Of a DNA stretch of 64,000 bases, positions 1-10,958 are shown piece after piece (within the stretch, counting starts at the first letter, position 1; the number at the start of each line of letters is the position of its first letter). Source of the stretch: Podarcis tiliguerta (taxonomy: Eukaryota); assembly GCA_965153285.1 (NCBI GenBank), contig OZ229112.1; one strand, 5' to 3'. The notes under the pieces are model-generated. The model was given only the letters and a program-made list of their open reading frames with translations, searched no databases and was not told the origin of the DNA. The position numbers and the translations under genes were made by a program.

Positions 1-496
1 TGTCCGCTAGTGGAGGGGGGGGGGAGCATTGCAACACACTACTGTAAACCTTTAAAAGTTTCATTAATGTTATGGAATCTCCTGGGGAGTGTGTGTGTGC
101 AGCAATATATATTTTAATAGCAAGCAAAGGTCATGTCAATTTATGATTCTAGCTAGTCACAGCATGCAATGAGAAAACTGCAGGGTACACAGGAGAAAAT
201 AGCCCATATGAAGCTGCTTCAAGATCTGCACTCTGTTTCTGAGAACCTTCTCATTGTCTCTTCATCATCATAAATTTAGCTCAAGGGTACAAGAATGAGT
301 TCCGACACCTAAACTATTAAATAACCTCCAAATAGTTGGTTTTGTTCCTGCAAGAATGTGTTAGTTTAATCTTTGACATTCTTACACATACAAATTTATT
401 TGCACACCACAACACCACAATAATGTCCACATGGTTTTTATTATGCTGTTTTATTTGCAAGTTTGGTTTATTTGTAAGTTTGTGGCATGCATGGCC

Positions 497-657
497 CTTC
501 CCATCTGTTTTACCCTTACAAAAAACAACCCTGTGAGGTAGCTTAGACTAGGAGGCGGCAACCGGCCCAAAGTCACTCAGTGAGATTCATGGCTGAGCAG
601 AGATTTGAACTTTGATCTCCAAGGCCCTAGCCTGACACTCTAACCACTAAGCCACAC
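497..657 (-). mobile_element. tRNA-derived CORE-type SINE (Squam3/MIR-like)
   Basis: Reverse complement reads gtgtggcttagtggttagagtgtcagg...tcaaatctctgctcagccatgaatctcactgagtgactttgggcc...tacctcacagggttgtt, i.e. an A/B-box head plus core. Confidence 0.8.
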
Positions 658-2102
658 ATACGAACAATATTAAATTTGTTAGTAGCCAGAATCATCATGA
701 CATTGCTGGGCTGGGCAAAATTAACTTTAATCTAGTTAACCTAATGGCCCACCACAGACCTTCTTTGTTCTCAGAGCAACCAAACCAGGTGGCCAGCCTG
801 GGAGCATGAATAGGTGAAAATAAAGATCGCTTTGATCTGAATGCCCATGCTTGGTGAAGATTCTTGTATGGTTCAGAAGCTCATGAAGCATTTATAAAGA
901 ACCCCTTTCTTTATTCTCTATGGCAAACAACATATAGGTTTTTACATAAAGGGCATACTCAGACGTACCATTGGGGTGGGTGCTTAATTTCCCCCCATCC
1001 CATGTGACCTCATCTGTTAAGACATAAATCTGCTCATATCTGCATAGACATGTGTGGACTTGGTCATGCTGGAGTGTGATGGAATGTTGGGATCCGGCTT
1101 TTGGTTATGTAGGTATATGGCTGCAGAAAGCTGGAATGTAAGCAGAGTATATGTTTTCTAAGTTTCCATAACAGAACATGAACTTGCTTCTAGCCAATGA
1201 GAACTACTAGACAAGAGAATCCTGGTCAAAAATAATCTTGTGTGTCATTTTAACGACTAACTCTGCATTACTTTCCTGACTTACCTTTCTGTAGTGTTCG
1301 CATGGTGATAGATAAAGAACAAAATAAAAAATGAAATAACAAGGATATATCAGCACCTGGAAATCCTGTTAATGCAACCCTGTACCACTTAGAATTACAA
1401 CTAAGTTGAAAATATGTGCCCTTGCCCTTCTGAAATGTATTATTTCCTGCACCTAAGAGATGTGCCCAAATGTGCTTTTTATTTCCTGAATCAAGCCATC
1501 AACTAAACAATTTGCCTAAATAGTTGACTTGGAATAAACACAGTTGCTTTCTCTTACAATTTCTTGAAACAAAGGCTAGTTAATAAGCATTTTTATTATC
1601 AGTTTTACTCCAGCTTACTTCAACCGTGTAGGCCCATGAAACAAAGACACAGTCATAAGAAAGTTACAAATATGTTTCAAAGACAGCTGCAAAGGTTGTC
1701 CTTGCATCAAACCAATCAGTGATAGAATCCTCAATCTGCCTTTCCCTACTCATTCTCATTCCATGTATTTTGTATTGCCCTTATTGTTTTCCAGGTGGGG
1801 AAAAATGAAGTGCGGGTTATTTTGTTCAGATTTAAAATCTAGTTTGATTCAGTGAAGTTCTCACCAGTCCTGGAGCTCCCTCTTGTGTATGCTTGTTAGT
1901 ATAAGAAATGCTGCAATAATGAAGTCTCCTCCGTAACATTAGCTTATTTCATAAATGCACCTGCTTGATTCTTTTTTTTTAATCACGTGAACTGTCTCTC
2001 TAAGAGTGAACTAAAGTGCTGAGCAGCAACAGAAATGGGACCACTGAAAACAAAGAGGGAAGTAGCGGCATGTTGCAGGGAGCCTGAGTTCTGCAGAAGT
2101 AT

Positions 2103-2625
2103 GAACATAAGCAGAGCGTGCTGGATGAAGCCAGTGGCCAGCATCCTGTTCTCACAGTGGCCAACCAAACAACAATGATAACAACAATCCGGATGTGCCA
2201 ATCCACTGCTCTCACTCCCAATGAGACATGAGCATATTTAGTACATAAGAAAAGCCCTCTTGGATCAGACCAAAAGCTGTTCCCACAGTGGCCAACCAGT
2301 TGCCTATGGGAAGCCCATGAGCAGGACCCAAACACAACCACACACTCTCCCCACTTGTGATTCCCAGCAATTGGCACACTGTCTCCAACAGTGAAGGCAG
2401 AACATAGTCATTGTGGCTAGGAGCCTTACCCTTCAGGAATTTCCCTAACCCTTTTCTAAAGGTATCCAAGTTGGGAGCGAATTCTATAGTTTAACTCTGT
2501 ACTGTGCGAAAAAAACATGTTATTTTGTCCGTCCTGGGTGTTCTAACACTCATCTTCATGGGTGGCCTAAGGAGAGAATGAGGAAAATGATTTTCTGTTC
2601 ACTTTCTCTCCACCATGAGAAATTT
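2103..2625 (-). mobile_element. Old CR1 LINE 3' end fragments (two adjacent termini, near 2103 and 2243)
   Basis: Repeated acataag...ggat...cacagtggccaacc signature of reptile CR1 3' ends, continuing into degenerate ORF2 C-terminal sequence. Confidence 0.7.
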
Positions 2626-3825
2626 ATACTTCTATCATGCCCCCCCCCCCGCTACTCATCATTCTGGCTGTGGTCATTCTCATCCCAATGATTTTTTTTA
2701 TTTTAAAAATACTTACTTTAAATATTATTGTTTTATTATTAACATACGTATAGAAATTAGATTACAGAGTGCCATCAGACTGGCTCTTTACAGAGTACAA
2801 GGCGATGGGCCCCCTGCTCTGAGGCACCCATAATCTGTAGTTTGACACAGCCAAGTGATAGAAAGGGAGAAGGAAGGGGAGGGGGGCTGCCTAAAGAGGC
2901 AGGCAAAGTGTGGTTGATTCAAAGCAATGGCTTTTAGATACATTTCAAAGGCCTCTTGGAGAGTGGGGAGGTTTTTGGGGCCATTCTAAAAGGACTGGCT
3001 GAACAGATCTGGTATAGAACAAGGACCAACAGTGTGAATCTGGATAAAATCTGTAACCTGTACAGATGTATTTTGGTAAGGAAACTCTTAAGAGGAACTC
3101 CCTTTTTAATGTTCTATTTTGCCAATAGGTGGTGCTGGTAAATCACAAAGAGTTATGTGCTCCATTTTATTTATTTCAAAAGGTACTGAGCTACCTCAGT
3201 AACATCCAGGTGCTTTGAATTCTGCTAAAATTAATAGTGTTGATGCCTTCTAGCATGTTTCCTTGTTTGCAGGTATACTTTGTAGCAGACTATCACTAGT
3301 AAAAAGGCTTGTGTGCCTTCTCTTAGGGGATATGTGTATATGAAATTATTAATCCATCAAAATTGGAGTTGTTAATATGCACACTCTTTTACCCAGTCCT
3401 GACTGTGTATTTTGTAATTTATTAAAATGTATATAGAATTTTTCAGCAATAATGCTCTCAGGGTGGGTTGAGAAGAGCCAATAAAAACAACAACAATTAG
3501 AACAATACCTCCAAAAAATAGCAAAATATATAAAAGCAGCAGAAGCAAGAGCATAAAAACACCACAGCAGAAGAATAAAAGCAATTATATGACATTTAAA
3601 AAGGCCTGGGAACATAAGAATGCATTCAGCTGGTACTGAAAGGACATTTATTTCTAAAATGTAGGTCCCACTCTTCAATTGCCCTTACATACTCTCAGAT
3701 TCTATTTGGCACCTGATGAACAGTCGGTCTGTGAGTGTTTAGAAAAGGATGCTGTGATCCAGCATGGGTTTCTTAAAAACAAGTCATGCCAGATGAATCT
3801 CATGTATTTTTTTTGATAGTTACAA

Positions 3826-3972
3826 TCATAGAATCATAGAATCATAGAGTTGGAAGAGACCACAAGGGCCATCGAGTCCAACCCCCTGCCAAGCAGGAAA
3901 CACCATCAGAGCACTCCTGACATATGGTTGTCAAGCCTCTGCTTAAAGACCTCCAAAAAAGGAGACTCCACC
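3826..3972 (-). mobile_element. Younger CR1 3' end nested antisense inside the CR1 above
   Basis: (tcatagaa)n tail then gagttggaagagaccacaagggccatcgagtccaaccccctgcc; flanked by acaa/acaa. The host reads gttacaa|gcttggtggat when the insert is removed. Confidence 0.9.
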
Positions 3973-4749
3973 ACAAGCTTGGTGGATCAGGGGAGTGCTG
4001 TGGATGTAGTGTATATTGCTTTCAGTAAGGCTTTTGACAAAGTCCCCCATGATATTCTTGTGGAGAAGCTGGTTAAAAAGTGGGAGGGGTGATAATGGCT
4101 AGGTGGATTTGTAGCTGGTTGGCTGACCGAACCCAAAGAGTGCTTACTAACGGTTCCTTGTCATCCTGGAAAAAAGTGGCAAGTGGGGTGCTCCAGGGTT
4201 CTGTCCTGAGCCCATTGTTGTTCATCATCTTTATAAACAACTTGTATGAAGGAATTGAGGGGATGCTCATCAGATTTGCAAATGACACCAGACGGGGAGG
4301 GGTAGTCAATGCCACTGAAGGCATAATCAGAATTCAATATGACCTTAACATATTATAGAACTGGGCTCAAACTAACAGAATTAATTTCAATAGGGACAAA
4401 TGTACGGTTATTCAGTTAGGCAGGAAAAACCAGCAGCACAAATATAAGACAGGGGACGTGGTTTGCCAGTAGTATATGTGAAAAGGATCTTGGGGTCTTA
4501 GTAAATCACAAGTTTAACATGAGTCAACAGTGTGATGCAGCAGTAAAAAAGCTAATGCTATTCTAGGTTGCATCAACAGAAGTATAGTGTCTAGATCAAT
4601 GGAAATCATAGTTGTCCTCTAACCTGCCTTGATCAAACCACATCTGGAGTATAGAGTCCAATTCTGGGCACTACAATTTAAGAAGGATATTGATAAGCTG
4701 GAACACATGCCGAGGAGGGAGACCAAGATGATCAAGGGTCTGGAAACCA

Positions 4750-4800
4750 AACCTGCAACCTTGGTATTATCAGCACCACACTCTAACCAACTGAGCTACC
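4750..4800 (-). mobile_element. tRNA-Ile-like SINE head fragment
   Basis: Reverse complement ggtagctcagttggttagagtgtggtgctgataataccaaggttgcaggtt resembles the 5' two-thirds of tRNA-Ile; no acceptor stem. Confidence 0.75.
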
Positions 4801-6145
4801 CAAACTGTCATGTACGATTTGGTTGAAATTCCTGCATGTCAGGAGTTTGGTCTAGATGACCCTCAGAGCTCCTTCCAACTCTATGATTCTGTGATCCTCT
4901 TTGAAGAGACAGTGTTTTGCAAATGTGGCATCACAGTCAAGAACACCTTTGCTCTGTTGCCACCAGTCTAACCTCTAAAGCTGAGAGCATCTCCAGAAAG
5001 GCTTCCAATGTGAGGCAGTTAATGGTAGCCTGTGAAGTTGCTCCAAGACTAGGAAGAGGTGTTCTGTTGAACTGCTCCCAGATAGTTAGCTTGCTGCTGT
5101 AGTTTGGATTAACTGAAGCTTTGGAGTAGTCTTCAAAGACAGTCCTACACATAACACACAGCGGTAACCTAAGCTGGAGGCTACCCAAACATGGATGCCT
5201 AGACACTCTCTTCCCAGGAAAGCATCACCATGAGGGCACCAGTCTCAGTTCAAACTGTGCTCTAATTCAAAATTTTGGGAAAAGGCTAATGACCGTTGAC
5301 CATTTTGGCTGGGGCTGTTGAGAGGTATGGTCCAATCACATCTGGTTGGCTACTCCTGTTTTATATGGATAATCATGAATGTATAAAGTCTTGGTCAGCA
5401 ACTAGTTTTCCTGAGAAGAAATTTTGGGCAATGTAGGGTGATGGGCCAGCACCCTTGCTTTAATCTCATAAATGGGTGTGCTCTTAGGCTCCTATTTGAA
5501 TGCCATTTGTTTGAAAAAAAAAAAAGATATGCTGAACAGATTATGATAGTTCAAGCAGGACTTGAGTTCTGTGTCACAAGATTTGAAGAATCCAGAGGTG
5601 TTCTTTGGTGGTGGGGATGCTTCATTTATGAGTTAAAATGTTTCACCTTCTGATATCCGGTACTGTAGCAAAGCAATCCTTTATTGCTCTTCCACAGTGT
5701 GTGTTTTTCACTCTTCTGCTACCTGTGTGTGCAGAAGAAAGGCAGAAGGAAGACAGATAAGGTACTTCTAGCTTTTATGCAAACCCTCTGTAGACCAGGA
5801 TTAAGGTCTTTTGATGGGATCAAGATAGGAATTCATCAAAAAATTCAGACAGTGTACACAGGTACTGATAGAAACAGATTTTCAGTCTTCTGTGATATAA
5901 AGTGAAGTACCGTATATCTCTAAGTGTGGACACAATTGTTGATGTTGACACAATAAAGCACAATATGATCATTTCCCAGTGCTTGAAAGAGCCCACGGGT
6001 GACATATGCAGCCTATAGTTATGGACAAGACAACTTTTAAATTACTTATTCTAGCATCTTCCAGTCTTTTCAGGGTTTTTCTTGAACGCTAGTGGCAAAG
6101 ATGTTTCCTTCTTGCTCAGGCTAGAACACTTGCTTCTTGCTTTAA

Positions 6146-6697
6146 GACAGGCATAGAGAACCTTTTTGGCTCCATGGGATTGTGGCCTTGGAGGCCAAAT
6201 ATGACAAGTAGGTGGGGCTGTCAATTACATGGTGTCACTATGGTGTCACATGCTTGGCAGGTGGGTAGGGTCGCTCATTTATCAAAACCCCTTGCATGGC
6301 TTTGCAAGTCTTCCCCTCCCCCTTTAAATTTACCATCTTTGTGGATTAAAAGGGAAGACTGTGGAGACTTGCAAAGGCTTTAAGGCAGTCCACTTGCTCC
6401 TCTTTGGGCCTCTGGCAGGCTGTTTTAAGGTCCTTTGCAAAACTTCTACTTGAAGCAGCCGCCCCCTTTATTTTTTAAACCTTGCGGAGAAACAGAAAGC
6501 AGGGGGCAAGAGGATGGGGGGTGTCCCCTCTCTCCCCGGCGCCATCGGTCTGCTTGCTCTGATGTTTAAAGGAGAAGTGGGGTGGCTGATTCAAAGAATG
6601 CTTCTGCAAAGCGCTTGTGGTATTTCAAGGGGATTCTAATCCCCACCAAAGGCTACATAGGCCAAATACACTGTCACATGCCTAGAATTTCCACTGC
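6146..6697. mobile_element. Degenerate hAT-like non-autonomous element
   Basis: Begins caggcatagagaacctttttgg (hAT-type terminus) and is GC-elevated internally; right end and TSD are not clear. Confidence 0.35.
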
Positions 6698-6729
6698 AAG
6701 TCAGGAGGTGGAAGACAGAGAAGGGAATT

Positions 6730-6932
6730 GATTTATATATATTTATATCATATCCTCCCCCTTATTTTGAAGAACTCAAGGCAACAGAAATGGTCCTATT
6801 CCATATTTTATCTTCAAAATAACCCTGTGAGATAGGTTAGGCTGAAAGCTGATTCCTGACCTACGGTCAGGCTAAACGGGGGTTTGCACTCCCCTGTCCT
6901 AGTCCAACACATGGACCACTACGCTACCACAC
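6730..6932 (-). mobile_element. tRNA-derived CORE-type SINE (same family as 497-657)
   Basis: Contains aaccctgtgagataggttaggctga...cctagtccaacac...accactacgctaccacac plus an AT-rich tail. Confidence 0.75.
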
Positions 6933-7285
6933 AGTATACCACATGCGGAAGCATTTGCCAAAGAATGATACTGGAATAACAGCAGGAGAGGCTGGCCAGT
7001 GGAACAGAGCTGCTATGCTAGCTCACTGGAAGGTGGGTCGCTGTTGCATACCAAGAGGAGGAGGGGAAGGTGGCAGGAGGGAGGCTGGCACACTCGAAAC
7101 ACACTGGCAGCAGTGCCAGATTGGCTCTCCTGGTGCCATCTCCCTCACCATCTTGTCTCTCTCCTTCCTGATAAGCCACAGCAGCCCACCTGTCAGGAAG
7201 CTCGTGAAGAAGCTCCACCCCATTAGGCAAGTAAAAGGTGCAGCTGCTGCAGATGCAAATGATTTTCTTGATGGGGAGTAACCTT

Positions 7286-7830
7286 AATGCTTCACATGCA
7301 GAAGGTCCCAGATACAATCCTTGGAATCTCTTGTGGCAAGACTAGGAAACATTCCATCCTGAAACTTGGAGAATTGCAGTAGACTGTACTGTTGAGGGTA
7401 AGCACTCCTGGGGGGACGGCAGACCCCCCAGTACCTCCAAGCGTCTCCCAGTAGGCATGTCTCTGGAATGGCATATCCCTTCACTCCAGAGTGCCCCTCT
7501 GTGACACTTCTCATATGAAAAGTGCACACAGGTCTTCTGGCATCACGCAGCAAGAAGATAGAAACAACTGTAGATCTAAACCACGTTTTATTCACAATAT
7601 ATACAGAGAGTCCATAATCACGTCTGTGTTCTCCAAACTCTGGCAGGAAAAAAACAACGCAGAAAAAGTGAAAGTACAGTCCAATAACATTCTCAGACAG
7701 AAGAGATAAGACAGTCTTCCATTCCCACACTCTTCTCAGCCATCTCATGTGATTTATACTAATCACACTAGCCAGCATCGGCTTACGTAAAACCCTAACA
7801 TGTACTTGGCTTGATGGACCAATGTCAGTG
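7286..7830 (+). mobile_element. tRNA-derived SINE (Squam2-like), split by a solo LTR
   Basis: catgcagaaggtcccagatacaatcc...cctgaaacttggagaattgcagtagactgtac | insertion | tgtacttggcttgatggaccaatg. Confidence 0.75.
7390..7800 (-). mobile_element. Solo LTR (411 bp) with 5-bp TSD TGTAC
   Basis: Termini TGTTGAGGG...CCCTAACA (imperfect inverted ends, TG..CA). TGTAC at 7385-7389 and 7801-7805. Minus-strand TATAAA (about 7753-7758) followed by AATAAA (7587-7592). Confidence 0.85.
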
Positions 7831-10800
7831 CATCCGCTCCTCATGGACAATGAGAGGTTTGTACACACTTTCTTTAACCTGTTGAAGCTTCTGCATTCTG
7901 ATCAGTCAAGGAAAATGAACTCTGAGTGGCAGCTCATTGAATAGATGGAGCAAGCTAGGTGCAGATATTAGCAATGTGTGCTTGGCACCCACAGTGTTTA
8001 AGGGCATAGTCCTGGTCCAGTGTCTGCATACAATGGCTGGAGAGGATGTGGAAAATGAACCCTCTACACCCTATGAGGATTCCTTCCTATACAGAATTCG
8101 TAGTGCTTCTGTTTTCCCCTTTATAGAACCTAAGAAATAACCATCGAGGCTGCAGGAAAGTGTTTGAGCAGAATAGATACTTTGGGTTATTTGTAGCTAA
8201 AACTGCTTTTGCTGAGGACAACTATAGACAATGAAATCTAATGTTTACACAAGGATCAAGCTCCACACAGCTGAATAATAAAGACACAATAAAAACTGAA
8301 ATAATGTGACTGTATTGTGTCTCTGGGGAATTAATGGCATTTACCTGAGATGCAGGTTTTAAAGTGGTTATTTACAGGGCTTTGAGTAGGGTAGTAAAAA
8401 TTGTGTTAAGATTTATATTGCAAATAGCAACGTAATAGGACTTTGCACATACTCTGAATTCTAATTCCCCAATTAGATTGCTTCAGCTGCAGGAAAACAT
8501 TTAGCTTTCTGATGTAACTACACTTCCCAAGGATCAGTCTGAATATTCAAAACTCAGCAATGTGCCCCCCCCCCACTTTTGAACAAATGACATTAATCAG
8601 GTCATTCTTGTATTTTCATCCTTTCCTGCAGTTCTCTAAGAAATTACCTACCGACTCTAGTGCAGCAAGTTCAGTGTGGAATAGGAACGCATATCAGTTA
8701 TAGAAGCTCTGAATCCGTGCATGAAAACTGTAGTAACTGAGAAAGTCCTGACTGTTGGTTCTGGTGTAAAGGCAACACCACAAGGCTGCCGTTTTCTTTA
8801 CTTGTTTATACCCCAACGTTTTGGTAGGGTTTGTGAAAAGTGTGTTGTGGATATAGAAATATATTAGTGTCGCCATTTATTTCTCTTTTCAGGAGCTACC
8901 AAACACATTTTTAAAACATAGGGGGCGGGGAGTGAAATCATCATTTGAAAGGGCAAAAATGGCAGCCTTCATCTTGCAGATTGAATGATGCCTGAAGGCA
9001 GCCAGTTGGCTGTTCCTGCACTAGACCAATGGGCATTTGTCTCTTTCTGTAGCATTTCTCCTGTGGGATTCTTAAACATGCAAGCAGCATATGTGACCTT
9101 GCTTCCTTGCTCCTTTGATCTGTTCCTCCTGGGACTGAGATGAGACAAGCACCATCAAATAAAGTGCCTGTCATTGTTTTGCTTGGGCACATGCAGGCAA
9201 CTGTAGCATGAATTAGGAGCATGGGAAGCCAGCTCATGGGCAAGGATCACATCTAGGCTTGCAAACTGAATAAAACAGCAGGAGGCAGACCAGCAGGAAA
9301 CCACTGGGGGCTGTGAGACACACGCCACATACCTAAACTACAGGAAGCTGATGCGCCTGAGCTCAACAATCGGGATTGTCCGGACAAGCCCTTAATTACA
9401 ATTAGGGAGGCCCAAACAGAACTGATATATTAGTTTGAGAACCCCTGAGGTGTGGAGAATAACTCTCACTTTTCGCAAATAGGATTCTACCATAATTAAA
9501 GCACAATTTGCTCTCACAAAAGCACCACCGTTTCCCTTTAAAAACAAGAGATGTAATTATGCCAGTTAATTGGCATTCCTGCACTTAACTCCTCTAATCA
9601 GCCATTTGTGCCGGAAATACCTTCATGGCATCACAGATGGGTTTAATTTAGATTTTGTTTTTCATTTTTAACTGCAAGTCATAGCAGACACTGGTATCAT
9701 CTAATTTTTACATTTGAAGGTCTGCAAAATGTTTGCCGAAGCCCACTTTATGCATTATAAGGAGTGGTGAAACATGCACAAATTCCTCATTTCCACTTTA
9801 TACTAGAAGAATGGCAGTAGAAGCAGAAGTCATTTGCACATCTCCTTTTCACCACCTTCTAAGGGGCACATTCAAAATAATGTCAAATATTCCCACATGT
9901 GAGCAAGACCTCTTCTTTTGATGGGGCAGGAGGGAGAGTGTTTGTGGCTGGTTCTGTTTCACATTGTAATCATGGCTTGGAGTAGTTCAGGCATCCATTT
10001 TGCCCCCAGAGAGAGAAGAATGGAGGCAGAAAGACAATTTACAAATTGGGACATGAAACCATAAAGAGAATACATTACAGAATTGTTTTTTTTACTGCCA
10101 TTGTAGCTCTAAATTATAGCATAATGAACACTACTTAAATGGCTTCTTTTTCCTCTTCTCTTTTCATTAATTTAATTTATTTTTGTGTTGCAATTCTCCC
10201 CCCACCCCATTTCCCCCACTTCCTCTCTCCTCATTAGTCTTTTTCTTTTTGTAATGCTCTTGTTAGGTACTTACAATCCAGTTGTAATCAGTTGCTGCAG
10301 CATTTGTAGAGCTGAAAGGAAAACATTACTGAGTTGTCAGCATGTTTTCAACTTCATTTAAAATGACAACGTGGTAATCAGCCATACATGCTGCATGAGA
10401 GCAGTTACGATGGTGAGAGGGGAAGAAGAATCAGTGTTAGTTCTTTGCCATTAAATCTTCCCAACAGCGACCCACATATTTGTTTTCTAAGCAGTTTGAG
10501 GGCTCTGATTGTCATTCACTGGTTCTCTCTCTCGTTATGTTTGTGGAATGATCCATTCATTCCAGACTTGGCAAAGGATATTCACTGGGAATCTTTTAAG
10601 TTGGAGGTGACCCAAAAGTAATAATGAAAAATGCAATTGCCTGTACTTCCATGTGCTGCTATTAGTTGTGGTACATTGGCTTCACTTTCTCTTCACTTTT
10701 TTATGGTCAAAGTGGCTGCGAGTCAGTAGGGAAGGTTTGATAAAGATACAGCCTTAATTGAGGAACATGAACCTTAAGTGTTATATTGATGAAACTGGCA

Positions 10801-10897
10801 CCACACACGAGTCTCCTGCTTGGCATCTTTTGAACATTACCATGATATGCAGGCCTAGTATATTGTCATTTCCCCCCATAATCTCCTTTTTACACTT

Positions 10898-10958
10898 GGA
10901 GAGGAGCTGTGGCTCAGTTGTAGAGCACATGGTTTGCATGGAAAACGTACCTGCCCTG
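10898..10958 (+). mobile_element. tRNA-derived SINE head fragment (Squam2-like)
   Basis: ggagaggagctgtggctcagttgtagagcacatggtttgcatgg; A box present, then truncated. Confidence 0.65.

Larger units (their letters stand above)
3721..4895 (+). mobile_element. 5'-truncated CR1 LINE, decayed reverse transcriptase region plus 3' end
   Basis: Broken frames give QHGFLKNKSCQ, VDVVYIAFSKAFDKVPHDIL, SGVLQGSVLSPLLFIIFIN, FANDT (FADD motif) and [10 protein letters not shown]. Ends in ccttccaactctatgattctgtga. Confidence 0.95.

Noticed and set aside
4750-4800. tRNA-like sequences (also at 7290 and 10898)
   Set aside because: Incomplete cloverleafs embedded in SINE context; not tRNA genes.
3850-4826. ORFs resembling reverse transcriptase
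   Set aside because: Fragments of a dead CR1 with frameshifts, stops and a nested insertion; not a functional gene.
7284-7868. Longest ORF in the track (194 aa)
   Set aside because: It runs across a SINE/solo-LTR composite and has no recognisable domain; most likely a chance frame.
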